NCBI GenBank assembly: GCA_036272595.1
Contig: DATAYM010000017.1
Location: 49,128 to 113,127 of the forward strand
Length of the DNA: 64,000 nt
Origin: Caulobacteraceae bacterium
GTDB taxonomy: Bacteria; Pseudomonadota; Alphaproteobacteria; Caulobacterales; Caulobacteraceae
Direction of reading: 5' to 3'
Position numbers and translations under genes: made by a program. Shown in pieces: positions 39,803-48,675 of this stretch (its first letter is position 1; the number at the start of each line of letters is the position of its first letter). Under the pieces are notes generated by a model. The model made no database searches, had not been told where the DNA came from, and saw only the letters and a list, made by a program, of their open reading frames with translations.

Positions 39803-39972
39803 TTGGCACTCTCGTTCTCTGTCGCCAGAATTTTTCGGACCACTCTCACCGGCACCCCGCTGTCCCGGGCGATCGTGTCGACCGACCGCCCTCCTAGGGA
39901 TGTTCGCCTGACCTTGGTCGCCGCGGCTTTGAAGGCCTTCCGACGGCACAGCCGGAGATTTTTCGGTTTCAT
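39799..39972 (-). CDS. Small basic HTH-like protein (57 aa, below ORF-track cutoff)
   Basis: MKPKNLRL...GRSVDTIARDSGVPVRVVRKIL; ATGA overlap with the downstream ORF. Confidence 0.55.
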   Translation of the reverse strand: MKPKNLRLCRRKAFKAAATKVRRTSLGGRSVDTIARDSGVPVRVVRKILATENESAK

Positions 39973-40005
39973 GTGCTGATTGCCGGGTTACGGGATGACG
40001 GCTGG

Positions 40006-40389
40006 TCATTTGATAAGGCCCTCGCGGCGCAGCTTGGCGCGCTTCATGCGGACCCAGCGGGAAGAGCATCCGAAGACTTTAGCGATGTCGCCGGCCGAGC
40101 GATCGGTCAAACAGGCTTCTCTGATGAGGGCAGCCCGGCCGGCCGGCCCCGAGGAAACATCAAACTGTCCCGAGCCGAACTCGGAGGCGACAATCTCCGC
40201 ATTCTCCTGGCCGACGAGCTTCGAAAAGATGTTGTGCGGTTCCGGGCTCGACGGGACGTAGACCTGTCGGCCGCCGAAGGCCTCCTGGATCTTAAGCGCC
40301 ACGAGGCCGCCTAAGCGCAGCGACACAAAGCCGACCAGATCAGTCGGCGCGTCGGCGTCTGTGGTGATCTCTTTCGCCCCTCGCGTCAT
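40006..40389 (-). CDS. Mor/C family transcription activator
   Basis: ALKIQEAFGGRQVYVP; SAGDIAKVFGCSSRWVR. Confidence 0.8.
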   Translation of the reverse strand: MTRGAKEITTDADAPTDLVGFVSLRLGGLVALKIQEAFGGRQVYVPSSPEPHNIFSKLVGQENAEIVASEFGSGQFDVSSGPAGRAALIREACLTDRSAGDIAKVFGCSSRWVRMKRAKLRREGLIK

Positions 40390-40605
40390 GGCGCCACAAA
40401 GCGGGAATTAGTTCCGGCGGAACCACCCTGAATAAATTCAGGGTCGGCCTATGTGCCGTTGCCGTTCAACGCCCGCGCCCCCGGTAGATGATCGCCTTCC
40501 AATCCAGTCGATCGTCCTCTGTCGCTCGGGCTAGCGCGTGAGAAGCCTTGAGAGGCGTGAGAAGCCCGTTGACGATCCGCGACGAGGAAGTAGGTCATCT
40601 TGGCC

Positions 40606-40965
40606 CTAAGAGGCCGCCACGGTCGCGCGCTGGCGCAGCCTTAGGGCCAGACGACCAACGGCAGATTTGCTGGGGAAGCGACCTGAGCCGAACGCCTCGG
40701 CTCCCAGCCGCGCGATCTCCGCCATCGAGACCAGGCCGTCCCGGTCAGTGATGAAAGCCATAACAGCGGGTTCGCGTTCGAAGGGTGACCGCCGGCCGGC
40801 TTCGCGCGGCGGCAAGAGCTGGTGGTGGACCGCCGCCACCAAGTCGACCGACCACGCGCGCCCAGGGCCGAACTCAGCGGCGATCTCGACGGCCATCGCC
40901 GAGAAGGTGCGCTCGCGGCTCGCGGCGACGAAGGCGCGGATGTCGGGATCGGTCGGATCAGGCAT
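40606..40965 (-). CDS. Phage hypothetical protein, HTH-like
   Basis: DPDIRAFV...SMAEIARLGAEAFGSGRFPSKSAVGR; overlaps the gp16-like stop. Confidence 0.6.
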   Translation of the reverse strand: MPDPTDPDIRAFVAASRERTFSAMAVEIAAEFGPGRAWSVDLVAAVHHQLLPPREAGRRSPFEREPAVMAFITDRDGLVSMAEIARLGAEAFGSGRFPSKSAVGRLALRLRQRATVAAS

Positions 40966-41371
40966 CCGCGTGCGCCTTTCGCTCGACCATCGCCTTGAGG
41001 GCGGTGATCACCGGACCGGCCTTACTCGCGTTCAGAAATCGGAGCGCCGAGACCTTCGCCTGCCGTTCCAGAAATGCATTAAGGCTGGCCTCGGTTGGTG
41101 CGTCCGCGTAGGCGGTCCAGAGCTTGCGGATCGCGGCCACTTGGCCAGGCGATGCCATGCCGTCGCGCTCGCCGAACGATCGGCGGCGCGACGAGCTGGT
41201 GAAGCCCAGCCCTCGGAACCTGTCCATGACGGCATCGAAGCCGCGACCGTCCAAGTGGCTCGCGCTATGGGTGCCCCCGAAGTTTTCGAGGATCGCCCGA
41301 TAGTCGTCATCGCCAAGGCCCAGCTGGGCCTTGGCGACTCTCAGCAGGGCCAGCTTAGACTTGTGCAGCAT
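40958..41371 (-). CDS. Mu gp16/GemA-like protein (DUF1018)
   Basis: KLALLRVAKAQLGLGDDDYRAIL; ASPGQVAAIRKLW; VITALKAM. Confidence 0.85.
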   Translation of the reverse strand: MLHKSKLALLRVAKAQLGLGDDDYRAILENFGGTHSASHLDGRGFDAVMDRFRGLGFTSSSRRRSFGERDGMASPGQVAAIRKLWTAYADAPTEASLNAFLERQAKVSALRFLNASKAGPVITALKAMVERKAHADA

Positions 41372-41663
41372 GCTGATCCGCGTGGAGGTCTTCTTGAATC
41401 TTCGTGACCCTCGCTATCGTCTCGCGCTGGAGCGCCGCGGCGCCAGCCAGCAGCGCGTAAATCGTCTCATCATAGCTCAAAGAAACACGGGCAAATTCCG
41501 GCGTCAGCGCGTAGTCCGCGGCCAGGTCCATGATCCTTCCAACATGCTCAAACGCCACATTCGCGATCCAGAGGTCGGCGGCGAGACGCCCGGCCGGTAC
41601 CCGTGGATCGCCGCTCGCCGGCGGACGATCGGCATTAGATTCGATCACTTGCGGGTTGGTCAT
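41355..41663 (-). CDS. Phage hypothetical protein
   Basis: Open frame in the operon between MuB and gp16-like. Confidence 0.55.
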   Translation of the reverse strand: MTNPQVIESNADRPPASGDPRVPAGRLAADLWIANVAFEHVGRIMDLAADYALTPEFARVSLSYDETIYALLAGAAALQRETIARVTKIQEDLHADQHAAQV

Positions 41664-41672
41664 GGGTGCCTT

Positions 41673-42500
41673 TCAGGCTGCTAAGAAGAGAAAATCACGC
41701 ACAAGTTCGGCGGTGACGGGTTGCCGATCAGCTTCGATATTCAGTTCGCTTAGAAGGTCGGCCGCGCGGCGGAAGCTGCGGTCGGCGCGGCCGGTTCCGA
41801 AGTGGTGGATAACAAGTTGAAGTGCATTGGGATCAACCAAGCCGCCGGCTTCGAAGAAGAGCTTCAGGTCATCATCCCTCACGTCTGCATACGTGAGGGT
41901 CTCGACATAGAGCGCACGGTCGGCGACCGCCGCCGATAGGACACTTTGTCCGCGCCGATCGCTCTTCAAGATGAACTCGTTGTTGCCGACGAAAATCAGG
42001 CCGATGGGAAAAGGTGAATAGCCGCCCGTCGCATCGTTCAAGAACCGCAAGACCTCGATCGCTTCAGGCGACAGGTTTTGCGCTTCATCAAATATGATCG
42101 TGTAGTGCGGGCTCCATTGCTCGGCCGATTCACGTTGTTGCTTGCGGCTGCCGTCAAAGCCCGCCCATTCACAGATCACGCCAAACATTCGGCCCCGGAG
42201 CATGACGTAATTGGTCGGGGTGGTGTCGCGATGGGCGGATGGGCAAACCTCGTAAATGGCCTCAAGCGCGAGCTGGAGCGCCGCGGTGGACTTCAGCCCG
42301 CCCTTGGGTCCAGGCGGAACAGACACCACCGCCACCTTGCATTCTTCCGCGGCCTGGAACCGTCCTATCGCCGTGCTTTTGCCGATGCCGGGAGGTCCGG
42401 AAAAGACCGCTATGCGCCGTCGATCGTGAGATTTTTGCATGTGTGCGAGAAGGGTGCTGACGACCGAGGTCGCCACGTATCCGCTGTCGTCAGCCGACAT
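41673..42500 (-). CDS. MuB-like AAA+ transposition ATPase
   Basis: Walker A GPPGIGKS; Walker B IIFDEAQNL; LIFVGN; overlaps the transposase end. Confidence 0.88.
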   Translation of the reverse strand: MSADDSGYVATSVVSTLLAHMQKSHDRRRIAVFSGPPGIGKSTAIGRFQAAEECKVAVVSVPPGPKGGLKSTAALQLALEAIYEVCPSAHRDTTPTNYVMLRGRMFGVICEWAGFDGSRKQQRESAEQWSPHYTIIFDEAQNLSPEAIEVLRFLNDATGGYSPFPIGLIFVGNNEFILKSDRRGQSVLSAAVADRALYVETLTYADVRDDDLKLFFEAGGLVDPNALQLVIHHFGTGRADRSFRRAADLLSELNIEADRQPVTAELVRDFLFLAA

Positions 42501-44457
42501 TGCGTTGCTCTCCCATGAGGCGGGCGGTGCGGCGGTCGCGCAGGGCTCTCGCGCGCTCTTCCGGCGTCTGAGCGGGCGTCGGCTCGCTGGCGCTGCCGAT
42601 GGCCAAGACCAGCGCTGTCGCAGCCCCGCCGGTGTCCAGACGGTCGACCCGCCCGGCGACTGTCGTCACAGGCAGCCGAGCGACCATTCGGCGCTTGATG
42701 GCTATAGGGTCAGCCGGCGGCGCTTCTTGTTCGAGTAGAGCCACATGACGCCGCTGGCCGGCCTGTCGGCGCGCGGATTCGAGTGCGCCTTCTTCCCACA
42801 GGGCGGGCATGGCGTAGTCTCGTTCGAGATACGCCCAACTGCCGTCCCGCTGCTGAAACAGCGGCTCGCCCCCGCGACGCCAGGGCAGCGCCAGCGCTAC
42901 GGTCGTCCCGGCCGGCAGCGCAGACAGCGCCGGGTGGTGAAATCCTATGCCGTCGATCGAGACACGGCCGTCCCTGGCCTTGCGGGTGTCGTGTTTGCAG
43001 AAGGCCGCGTCCAGCGCGAGCGGGTCAACACGAATTGGCCGCCAGCCGGCTTGGACTTTTTCGCGGAGCCATTCGTCTGGCGAGCGGCCGCCCCATTGGC
43101 CGCCGACCGGCCTGGCGTTGAAGTCCTCGACCATCATCGCGTGGTCGGTGCAGAACTCATCCCAAGAGCCCGGATAGGGCTTCGGCGGCCTTCCAACGGT
43201 CTGGGTCTTCTTGTGCATCCGCTCGCCGCCGGCGTAGCCTGGGAGCTGGGCATAGACATAGCGGTCCATCATCGCGAAGCGGCCCTCGATCGGCTTGGCC
43301 GAGGCGTTGTAGGGCCGCGCATAAATGACGGTGCGAACGCCGGCCGGGTTCACCAGCTGCAGGGCGCCTCGGAGCTTCTCCTCCAGGCCGGCGAACTCAG
43401 AACCGTTGTCGAGATAGAGCGCGCGCGGAAAGCCCCATAGCGGCTGCTGCGTCATGGCGATAAACGCCTCGATGACATGCTCCTGCCGGATGCCTTCACC
43501 CTCGGCGCACATGACGAGATGGCAAAAGATTCGGCCCGTTCCAGCGTCCACAAAGCCGATGTTTTTGCCCCACGTGGCGGAGCCGTCCGGGCGGGTCACG
43601 ATCACGTCGATCGGCTTCACGTCCGCGATGACGATCTCCATCGGCGCATAGCAGGTCCAGTCTCGACGGATGCGCGGCTTGGCGTCGTCGAAGGCCTTGG
43701 CGTTATTCTTTTTGAGGTTGACGACGCGGTATTCGGAGAATCGCTCAACGTGGCGGCGGGACAGTCGATAGGCCGCTGGCGCCAGCTCGACGCCGCGGGC
43801 CTCGCACAACTCCAACAGCCGGAATTCGAGCAGGCGGCGGACTTCGTTGACGCCTGACGCTTCGGCTGTCGATGCCCACAGCCCTTTGGCCTCGACCACG
43901 ACCAAGCCGCCAATTTGAGCAAGTAAGTCTTCGGGTTGTCCGGCCGCGCGGAACGCTCGGTCAAAGACACGGGAGACCACGACGCGAGGCTTGCCGGCGT
44001 CTTGGGGCAGCTTTCGCGCTAGCCCCGCCATTCCATGCTTCTCGTAGAGGTCAATCCAGCGCTGAAGGGTGCGCTCGCTATGCTTGCCCTTGGCGGCCTC
44101 GACGCGGATCTCCGCCGCCCGCCCCGCTGTCCCCCGCTCATGGCCGATGGCCGCCTCGATCGCCTTGAACCTGGCCGCCACGCGTTCGCTCTGATTCTTG
44201 AAGACCGCCAGCCGCTGCGCCGTCGGCGCCAGGACGGACAGGGCGGTGCTCATGGGCCGTTCAAGGGCCGCTGAGAGGCTTCTGAGAGACACCTGATAGC
44301 ATCGGCCCGAACGACCACCACGGCCCTTCACGGTGCGAACCTCAAGGGCGATGCCCCGCCATGATTCGGCGGCGACGGCCGCGGTTGCCGATCGACGGCC
44401 AATGCCGGCCATCGCGGCGACCTCGCCGACGCTCAGCCAATCGCCCCCAGCCGCCAT
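42490..44457 (-). CDS. MuA-like DDE transposase
   Basis: N-terminal HTH (WLSVGEVAAMAG...GRGGRSGRCY); IADVKPID, LYLDNGSEF, KPIEGRF triad. Confidence 0.9.
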   Translation of the reverse strand: MAAGGDWLSVGEVAAMAGIGRRSATAAVAAESWRGIALEVRTVKGRGGRSGRCYQVSLRSLSAALERPMSTALSVLAPTAQRLAVFKNQSERVAARFKAIEAAIGHERGTAGRAAEIRVEAAKGKHSERTLQRWIDLYEKHGMAGLARKLPQDAGKPRVVVSRVFDRAFRAAGQPEDLLAQIGGLVVVEAKGLWASTAEASGVNEVRRLLEFRLLELCEARGVELAPAAYRLSRRHVERFSEYRVVNLKKNNAKAFDDAKPRIRRDWTCYAPMEIVIADVKPIDVIVTRPDGSATWGKNIGFVDAGTGRIFCHLVMCAEGEGIRQEHVIEAFIAMTQQPLWGFPRALYLDNGSEFAGLEEKLRGALQLVNPAGVRTVIYARPYNASAKPIEGRFAMMDRYVYAQLPGYAGGERMHKKTQTVGRPPKPYPGSWDEFCTDHAMMVEDFNARPVGGQWGGRSPDEWLREKVQAGWRPIRVDPLALDAAFCKHDTRKARDGRVSIDGIGFHHPALSALPAGTTVALALPWRRGGEPLFQQRDGSWAYLERDYAMPALWEEGALESARRQAGQRRHVALLEQEAPPADPIAIKRRMVARLPVTTVAGRVDRLDTGGAATALVLAIGSASEPTPAQTPEERARALRDRRTARLMGEQRNVG

Positions 44458-44670
44458 CTATGCAGCCGCCGCGCTCTCTCGCAGGATGATCCTGCGCAGT
44501 TCTTTGGCCGCCGGGCCATTCTTCAACCCAGCCAAGGCGCGGTGAGCATATGAAGGGGTCACGCTGTTGCGAAGGCACCAGGCGCGGAGCGAATCGCCTT
44601 GTTCGGTGAAGCCGGCGCGCACCCTGCGCACCAAGGCTTCGCTTCCGTTCAACTCGATTGTGTGCTGCAT
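44458..44670 (-). CDS. Ner/Cro-like DNA-binding protein
   Basis: VRAGFTEQGDSLRAWCLRNSVTPSYAHRALAG; divergent from the repressor. Confidence 0.75.
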   Translation of the reverse strand: MQHTIELNGSEALVRRVRAGFTEQGDSLRAWCLRNSVTPSYAHRALAGLKNGPAAKELRRIILRESAAAA

Positions 44671-44686
44671 TGCCGGCCCCGCGAGT

Positions 44687-44730
44687 TTGTCCACAGGTGG
44701 ACGGTATTGACCGCTTGTCCACACGTCAAC
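44687..44730. promoter_or_regulatory. Putative immunity operators
   Basis: ttgtccaca at 44687 and 44715; gtccac-ag-gtggac dyad between divergent ner and repressor. Confidence 0.55.
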
Positions 44731-44743
44731 ACGGCTGCCGTCA

Positions 44744-45253
44744 ATGCTTGAGGATCAGGTTCGCCGTATTCGAGAGGCGCTAGGCGCGGCCAACGACTCT
44801 GAGTTGGCGGAGAAGCTAGGGCTGGGTCGATCGGCGGTATCGAGGTGGAAGGAGCGCGGGGTAATTCCGGCGAAGTTTCGCTTCCTGGCTGAACGCGACG
44901 GCCGCCATGCTATTGAGCATGGCTCCCAGTTCATCGAACACGACCGCCTATACGGCCATGCCGATCATCACTATTGGCTGAGGGCCGCTCTGCAATTCAT
45001 TCCTCCGGGATATGGCGCGAAACTGGCGGCGCCAGACCGCGCGCGACTGCTTGAGTTCGTGCTCACCCGGCTTATGGGAGCCGCCGCCGACGCCACTGTC
45101 CGAGAACTCGGAAAGCGCCGCTGCGAGAGCGAGGAAGACCTTCAGGCGTTGCTAGAGGTTCTCGGTTCCGGCACCAGCTCGGAGACGGGCTCGATGTACG
45201 CGGACCGCATAGCAAGGGTCCTCGCTGAAGGCCTCCCAGCAAACCCTACCTAG
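44744..45253 (+). CDS. Phage CI-type HTH repressor
   Basis: RIREALGAANDSELAEKLGLGRSAVSRWKERGVIP. Confidence 0.8.
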   Translation: MLEDQVRRIREALGAANDSELAEKLGLGRSAVSRWKERGVIPAKFRFLAERDGRHAIEHGSQFIEHDRLYGHADHHYWLRAALQFIPPGYGAKLAAPDRARLLEFVLTRLMGAAADATVRELGKRRCESEEDLQALLEVLGSGTSSETGSMYADRIARVLAEGLPANPT

Positions 45254-46182
45254 GGGATCGCTGGAAGTGCTGTGACCTCGCCGATCCGCGCATGCCAAGC
45301 CTTGTCGCCCGCCTCGATCCCCATCATGTCGCCCTGCCTGGTCAGCCGAAATCGGCCAGTCCCAGTGCTTGCGGGCGAAAGGGCGGCCAGTGTGTTCGCT
45401 GTTTCGACCGAGAGAAAGGCCGCGGCTGTATCGACGTGCTCCATGGCCAGCCGCATCGTCTCTAGCGCCGCGCCGTGGCCTGCCAGCTTCTCCGCGCAGA
45501 TGACTGGGGCAAGCGCCGCGGTCCAGGCGCGCAGGTCGGGGTGGCCGGCATCGGCGATCATGTCGGTCAAGATCACCCGCGCCTCCTGCAGCCGCTCTCT
45601 GTCTCGCCAGGTTGACCGAAGGAAGGCCGCACCCCTGATGAACCCGATATCCCGCAGCGTGCGATCGACGTCGATTTGCACCGGGCCGCCCCCGCGCGTC
45701 TTGTCGAAGATGCCCTTCCGGATCGCGGCCATCTTGGCCATGCGGTTCTGCAGTTCATCGACGCGATCGACGCGCGAGCTGACCCGGTCGATCCAGTCAA
45801 TCCGCGCTTGAAGCCGGCCTAGCGCCTGGGCTAGCTCGGCGGCGTTCTGGCGCTCGCGCTCTTCCTGCAGGAAGAGGTTCTCGGCAATGTTTGACGCGGT
45901 CTGCCAGCCAGCCTGGTCCGGAGCATTGCGGCCCAAGGCAAGCCACCGCGATCCGGATGGGAGGCACACTGGACAAGGCGCCATGTCCTTAAGAGGACGA
46001 AGGCGACTATCGATCTCAACCGGGCTGGCGAGCACGACCAGTTCGCCCTCGGCCGGCGGCCGCTCCGTGCTGATGGTCGGGAACGTCTCCGGCTGTCCGG
46101 TGGACTTTACGTGTTCCAGGAAGCGCCTGCCGAGGGCGATGCCTGGATTGCTCGGATAGACGGGATTCGTTTCGAGGTTCAA
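45250..46182 (-). CDS. Hypothetical protein (310 aa) with CPVC motif and coiled coil
   Basis: Long open frame convergent on the repressor. Confidence 0.6.
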   Translation of the reverse strand: MNLETNPVYPSNPGIALGRRFLEHVKSTGQPETFPTISTERPPAEGELVVLASPVEIDSRLRPLKDMAPCPVCLPSGSRWLALGRNAPDQAGWQTASNIAENLFLQEERERQNAAELAQALGRLQARIDWIDRVSSRVDRVDELQNRMAKMAAIRKGIFDKTRGGGPVQIDVDRTLRDIGFIRGAAFLRSTWRDRERLQEARVILTDMIADAGHPDLRAWTAALAPVICAEKLAGHGAALETMRLAMEHVDTAAAFLSVETANTLAALSPASTGTGRFRLTRQGDMMGIEAGDKAWHARIGEVTALPAIP

Positions 46183-46505
46183 GCGCCGCTCCGAGCCTCA
46201 ACCGACAGAAGACTCCGTGGATCATGTATCCATCAGGCGAGCGGCACAAGAATGGGAGGGCGCGATCCGCTGGCCAGCACTTGGCCTGCGCAAAGCGGCC
46301 CGACTCCCCAATAGACTCCTCAATCTGCTGAGATCATTCTCACCACAGCTGATTTCATTGCGTTTTTCGCGGGCCTCTATTGAGGAGTCCCGGACCTCCT
46401 CAATAAGCTCCCGAAACCGGGCGCAAACCCAATCCGTATCAGCGAATTCCATCGCCAAAATCTAACGGCCGCTTCCGTCAATCTCAAAAAGCGCGCCCAG
46501 CGGAT

Positions 46506-48098
46506 CTAGGTTGATTTCCGTTCCGGCGAGTCCAGAACCCGCCGCACGTGGGCCGCGAGCTGGTCGTAGGTGAACGGCTTGGACAGCAGGTCGACGCCGG
46601 CATCGAGGCGGCCCTGGTGCACGATGGCGTTGCGCGAATAGCCGGTGGTGTAGAGCACCCTCAAGCCGGGCCGGATTTGCGCGGCCTCCTCCGCGAGCAG
46701 CCGACCGCTACGCCCCGGCAACACCACGTCGGTGAACAGCAGGTCGATCCGCTCGTCGCTGCGCAAGATGGGCAGGGCCCCTTCGGCGTCAGCGGCTTCG
46801 AGCACTCGGTAACCGAGTTCGGTCAGGCTCATTGCGCTGTAGGCGCGGACTCCCTCATTGTCTTCGACGAGGAGCACCACCTCGCCCTCGGCCGCGCCCA
46901 CCGACCGATGCTCGCCGGCGTCCTCATCCTGCGAGGCCGGGCCACGGTAGCGGGGGAGATAGAGCTTCACGCAGGTCCCCTCGCCGGGCTCGCTGTAAAT
47001 CGTCACATGGCCGCCGGATTGCTTGACGAAGCCGTAGACCATGCTGAGGCCGAGGCCCGTGCCTCTTCCCTCTCCCTTGGTGGTGAAGAACGGCTCGAAC
47101 ACGCGCGCGAGCACATCCTTCGGGATGCCGCCGCCGGTGTCGGTCACCGACAGCAGCACGTACTGACCGGGGATCACCTCGGTGTCGGTTTCCTGATAGG
47201 TCTCGTCGAGATAGGTGTTGGCCGTCTCGACCGTCAGCTTGCCGCCGCCCGGCATGGCGTCGCGGGCGTTCACGGCCAGATTGAGCACCGCGGACTCCAG
47301 CTGGTTCTGATCCACCTCCACCGGCCACAGACGCGGATAAAGCACGCCCTCCAGCTCGATCTGTTCGCCCAATGCATGGTGCAGCAGTTCGGTCATGCGC
47401 CGGACCAGCAGGTTGAGGTCCGTCGCCACGGGCTGAAGCGGCTGGCGGCGTGAGAAGGCGAGGAGCCGCGAGGTCAGATTCACCGCCCGCTCCGCAGCCA
47501 GCCTGGCCATGCTCAAAGCCTTCTCCGCCCGCGGGTTCGGCTCGATGCTGCGCTGGGTGGTGTCCAGGCCGCCGATGATGACCGTCAGCAGATTGTTGAA
47601 GTCATGCGCGATGCCGCCTGTCAGCTGGCCGACCGCTTCCATTTTCTGAGCCTGGAACAGCGCGTGCCGCGCCTGCTCGAGATCCTGTTGCGCCTCGTGC
47701 TGTTCGGTCCGGTCGCGGGTGATCTTGGCGAAGCCGATGATGGCGCCGTCGTCCTGGCGAATCGGCTCGATGGTGACGTGCGCCCAGAACCGGGTGCCGT
47801 CCTTGCGCACGCGCCAGCCCTCGGTCCTCCAACGTCCCTGGAGGCGTGCGGTGTCGAGCCCGTACTGCGGCAGCCCGGCTTGCCGATCATCTTCGGTGTA
47901 GAAGCGGGAAAAATGCTGGCCGATGATCTCGTCGGCCGTGTAGCCCTTCAGACGCCGAGCTCCCAGGTTCCAGCTGGTCACCACGCCTTTGGGATCGAGC
48001 ATGTAGATGGCGTAATCGCTGATCGCCTCGACCAGCCGCCGATACTGGCTCGCCTCGGTGTACCCCGCACCGCCAAGATCGTCCTTGTTCGCCACCAC
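46506..48098 (-). CDS. PAS hybrid sensor histidine kinase / response regulator
   Basis: PAS ([14 protein letters not shown]); [12 protein letters not shown]; VFEPFFTTK; receiver [10 protein letters not shown]. Confidence 0.93.
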   Translation of the reverse strand: MVANKDDLGGAGYTEASQYRRLVEAISDYAIYMLDPKGVVTSWNLGARRLKGYTADEIIGQHFSRFYTEDDRQAGLPQYGLDTARLQGRWRTEGWRVRKDGTRFWAHVTIEPIRQDDGAIIGFAKITRDRTEQHEAQQDLEQARHALFQAQKMEAVGQLTGGIAHDFNNLLTVIIGGLDTTQRSIEPNPRAEKALSMARLAAERAVNLTSRLLAFSRRQPLQPVATDLNLLVRRMTELLHHALGEQIELEGVLYPRLWPVEVDQNQLESAVLNLAVNARDAMPGGGKLTVETANTYLDETYQETDTEVIPGQYVLLSVTDTGGGIPKDVLARVFEPFFTTKGEGRGTGLGLSMVYGFVKQSGGHVTIYSEPGEGTCVKLYLPRYRGPASQDEDAGEHRSVGAAEGEVVLLVEDNEGVRAYSAMSLTELGYRVLEAADAEGALPILRSDERIDLLFTDVVLPGRSGRLLAEEAAQIRPGLRVLYTTGYSRNAIVHQGRLDAGVDLLSKPFTYDQLAAHVRRVLDSPERKST

Positions 48099-48258
48099 TT
48101 CACCGGAGACGGCCGACGGCCACGGCGCCGCCCCTACCCTTAACGCCCGCGTCGTCGGTTTGGTCCGCCGACACCGGTCCCGGCGTGATCTCCGCCTGGA
48201 CGATTGTCAGGCGCCGCCTCGGTCGGCTAAAGGCTGACCGTCTTCGGCGGGGGCCTGC

Positions 48259-48675
48259 ATGGCGGCCAAACACGCGCTTTGGGTCGGCGTCGCGTTGCTG
48301 ACCAGCGGCTGTCTCGGGCAGGCCGACGCCAAGAAGGTCGATGACGCCACCGCGCGGTTCTACCAGCAGGTGGCGGCCAGGCAGTACCAGGTCATCTATG
48401 ACCAGGCGGCGCCGGAGCTGCGCGACAATATCTCGCCGGACATCTTCGTCGGCTTCATGCAGCGGATCGACCGCAGGCTGGGCGCCTGCCAGCCGCCGGT
48501 GAAGCGCATGGACTTCCATACCAACGCGACCTCGCAGGGCTTCTTCCAGGAGCAGGGCTACAACCAGACCTGCGCCAACGGCGCGCTGCAGGAGAGCGTG
48601 ACCATGGTGCTGCGGGGCGGCGAGGCGAAACTCGCCGGCTACCACGCCTCGAGCCCGCTGCTGCTGACCGACTAG
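48259..48675 (+). CDS. Lipoprotein, DUF4019/DUF3887-like
   Basis: Lipobox LTSG-C; FYQQVAARQYQVIYDQAAPEL. Confidence 0.65.
   Translation: MAAKHALWVGVALLTSGCLGQADAKKVDDATARFYQQVAARQYQVIYDQAAPELRDNISPDIFVGFMQRIDRRLGACQPPVKRMDFHTNATSQGFFQEQGYNQTCANGALQESVTMVLRGGEAKLAGYHASSPLLLTD

Larger units (their letters stand above)
33288..46493. mobile_element. Mu-like transposable element lacking most virion genes (satellite or cryptic prophage)
   Basis: Repressor/ner/MuA/MuB/gp16/mor cluster plus tail chaperone and tape measure; imperfect inverted end motifs; codon usage departs from the backbone. Confidence 0.75.

Noticed and set aside
40450-40599. 49-aa ORF between the HTH-like gene and mor
   Set aside because: Low-complexity composition with no motif; insufficient support.
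33288-46493. Intact inducible prophage or gene transfer agent
   Set aside because: No terminase, portal, major capsid, tube, sheath, baseplate or lysis genes are recognisable.
33283-46498. 5-bp target site duplication for the Mu-like element
   Set aside because: Flanks at the predicted ends (agacg vs cgccc) do not match.
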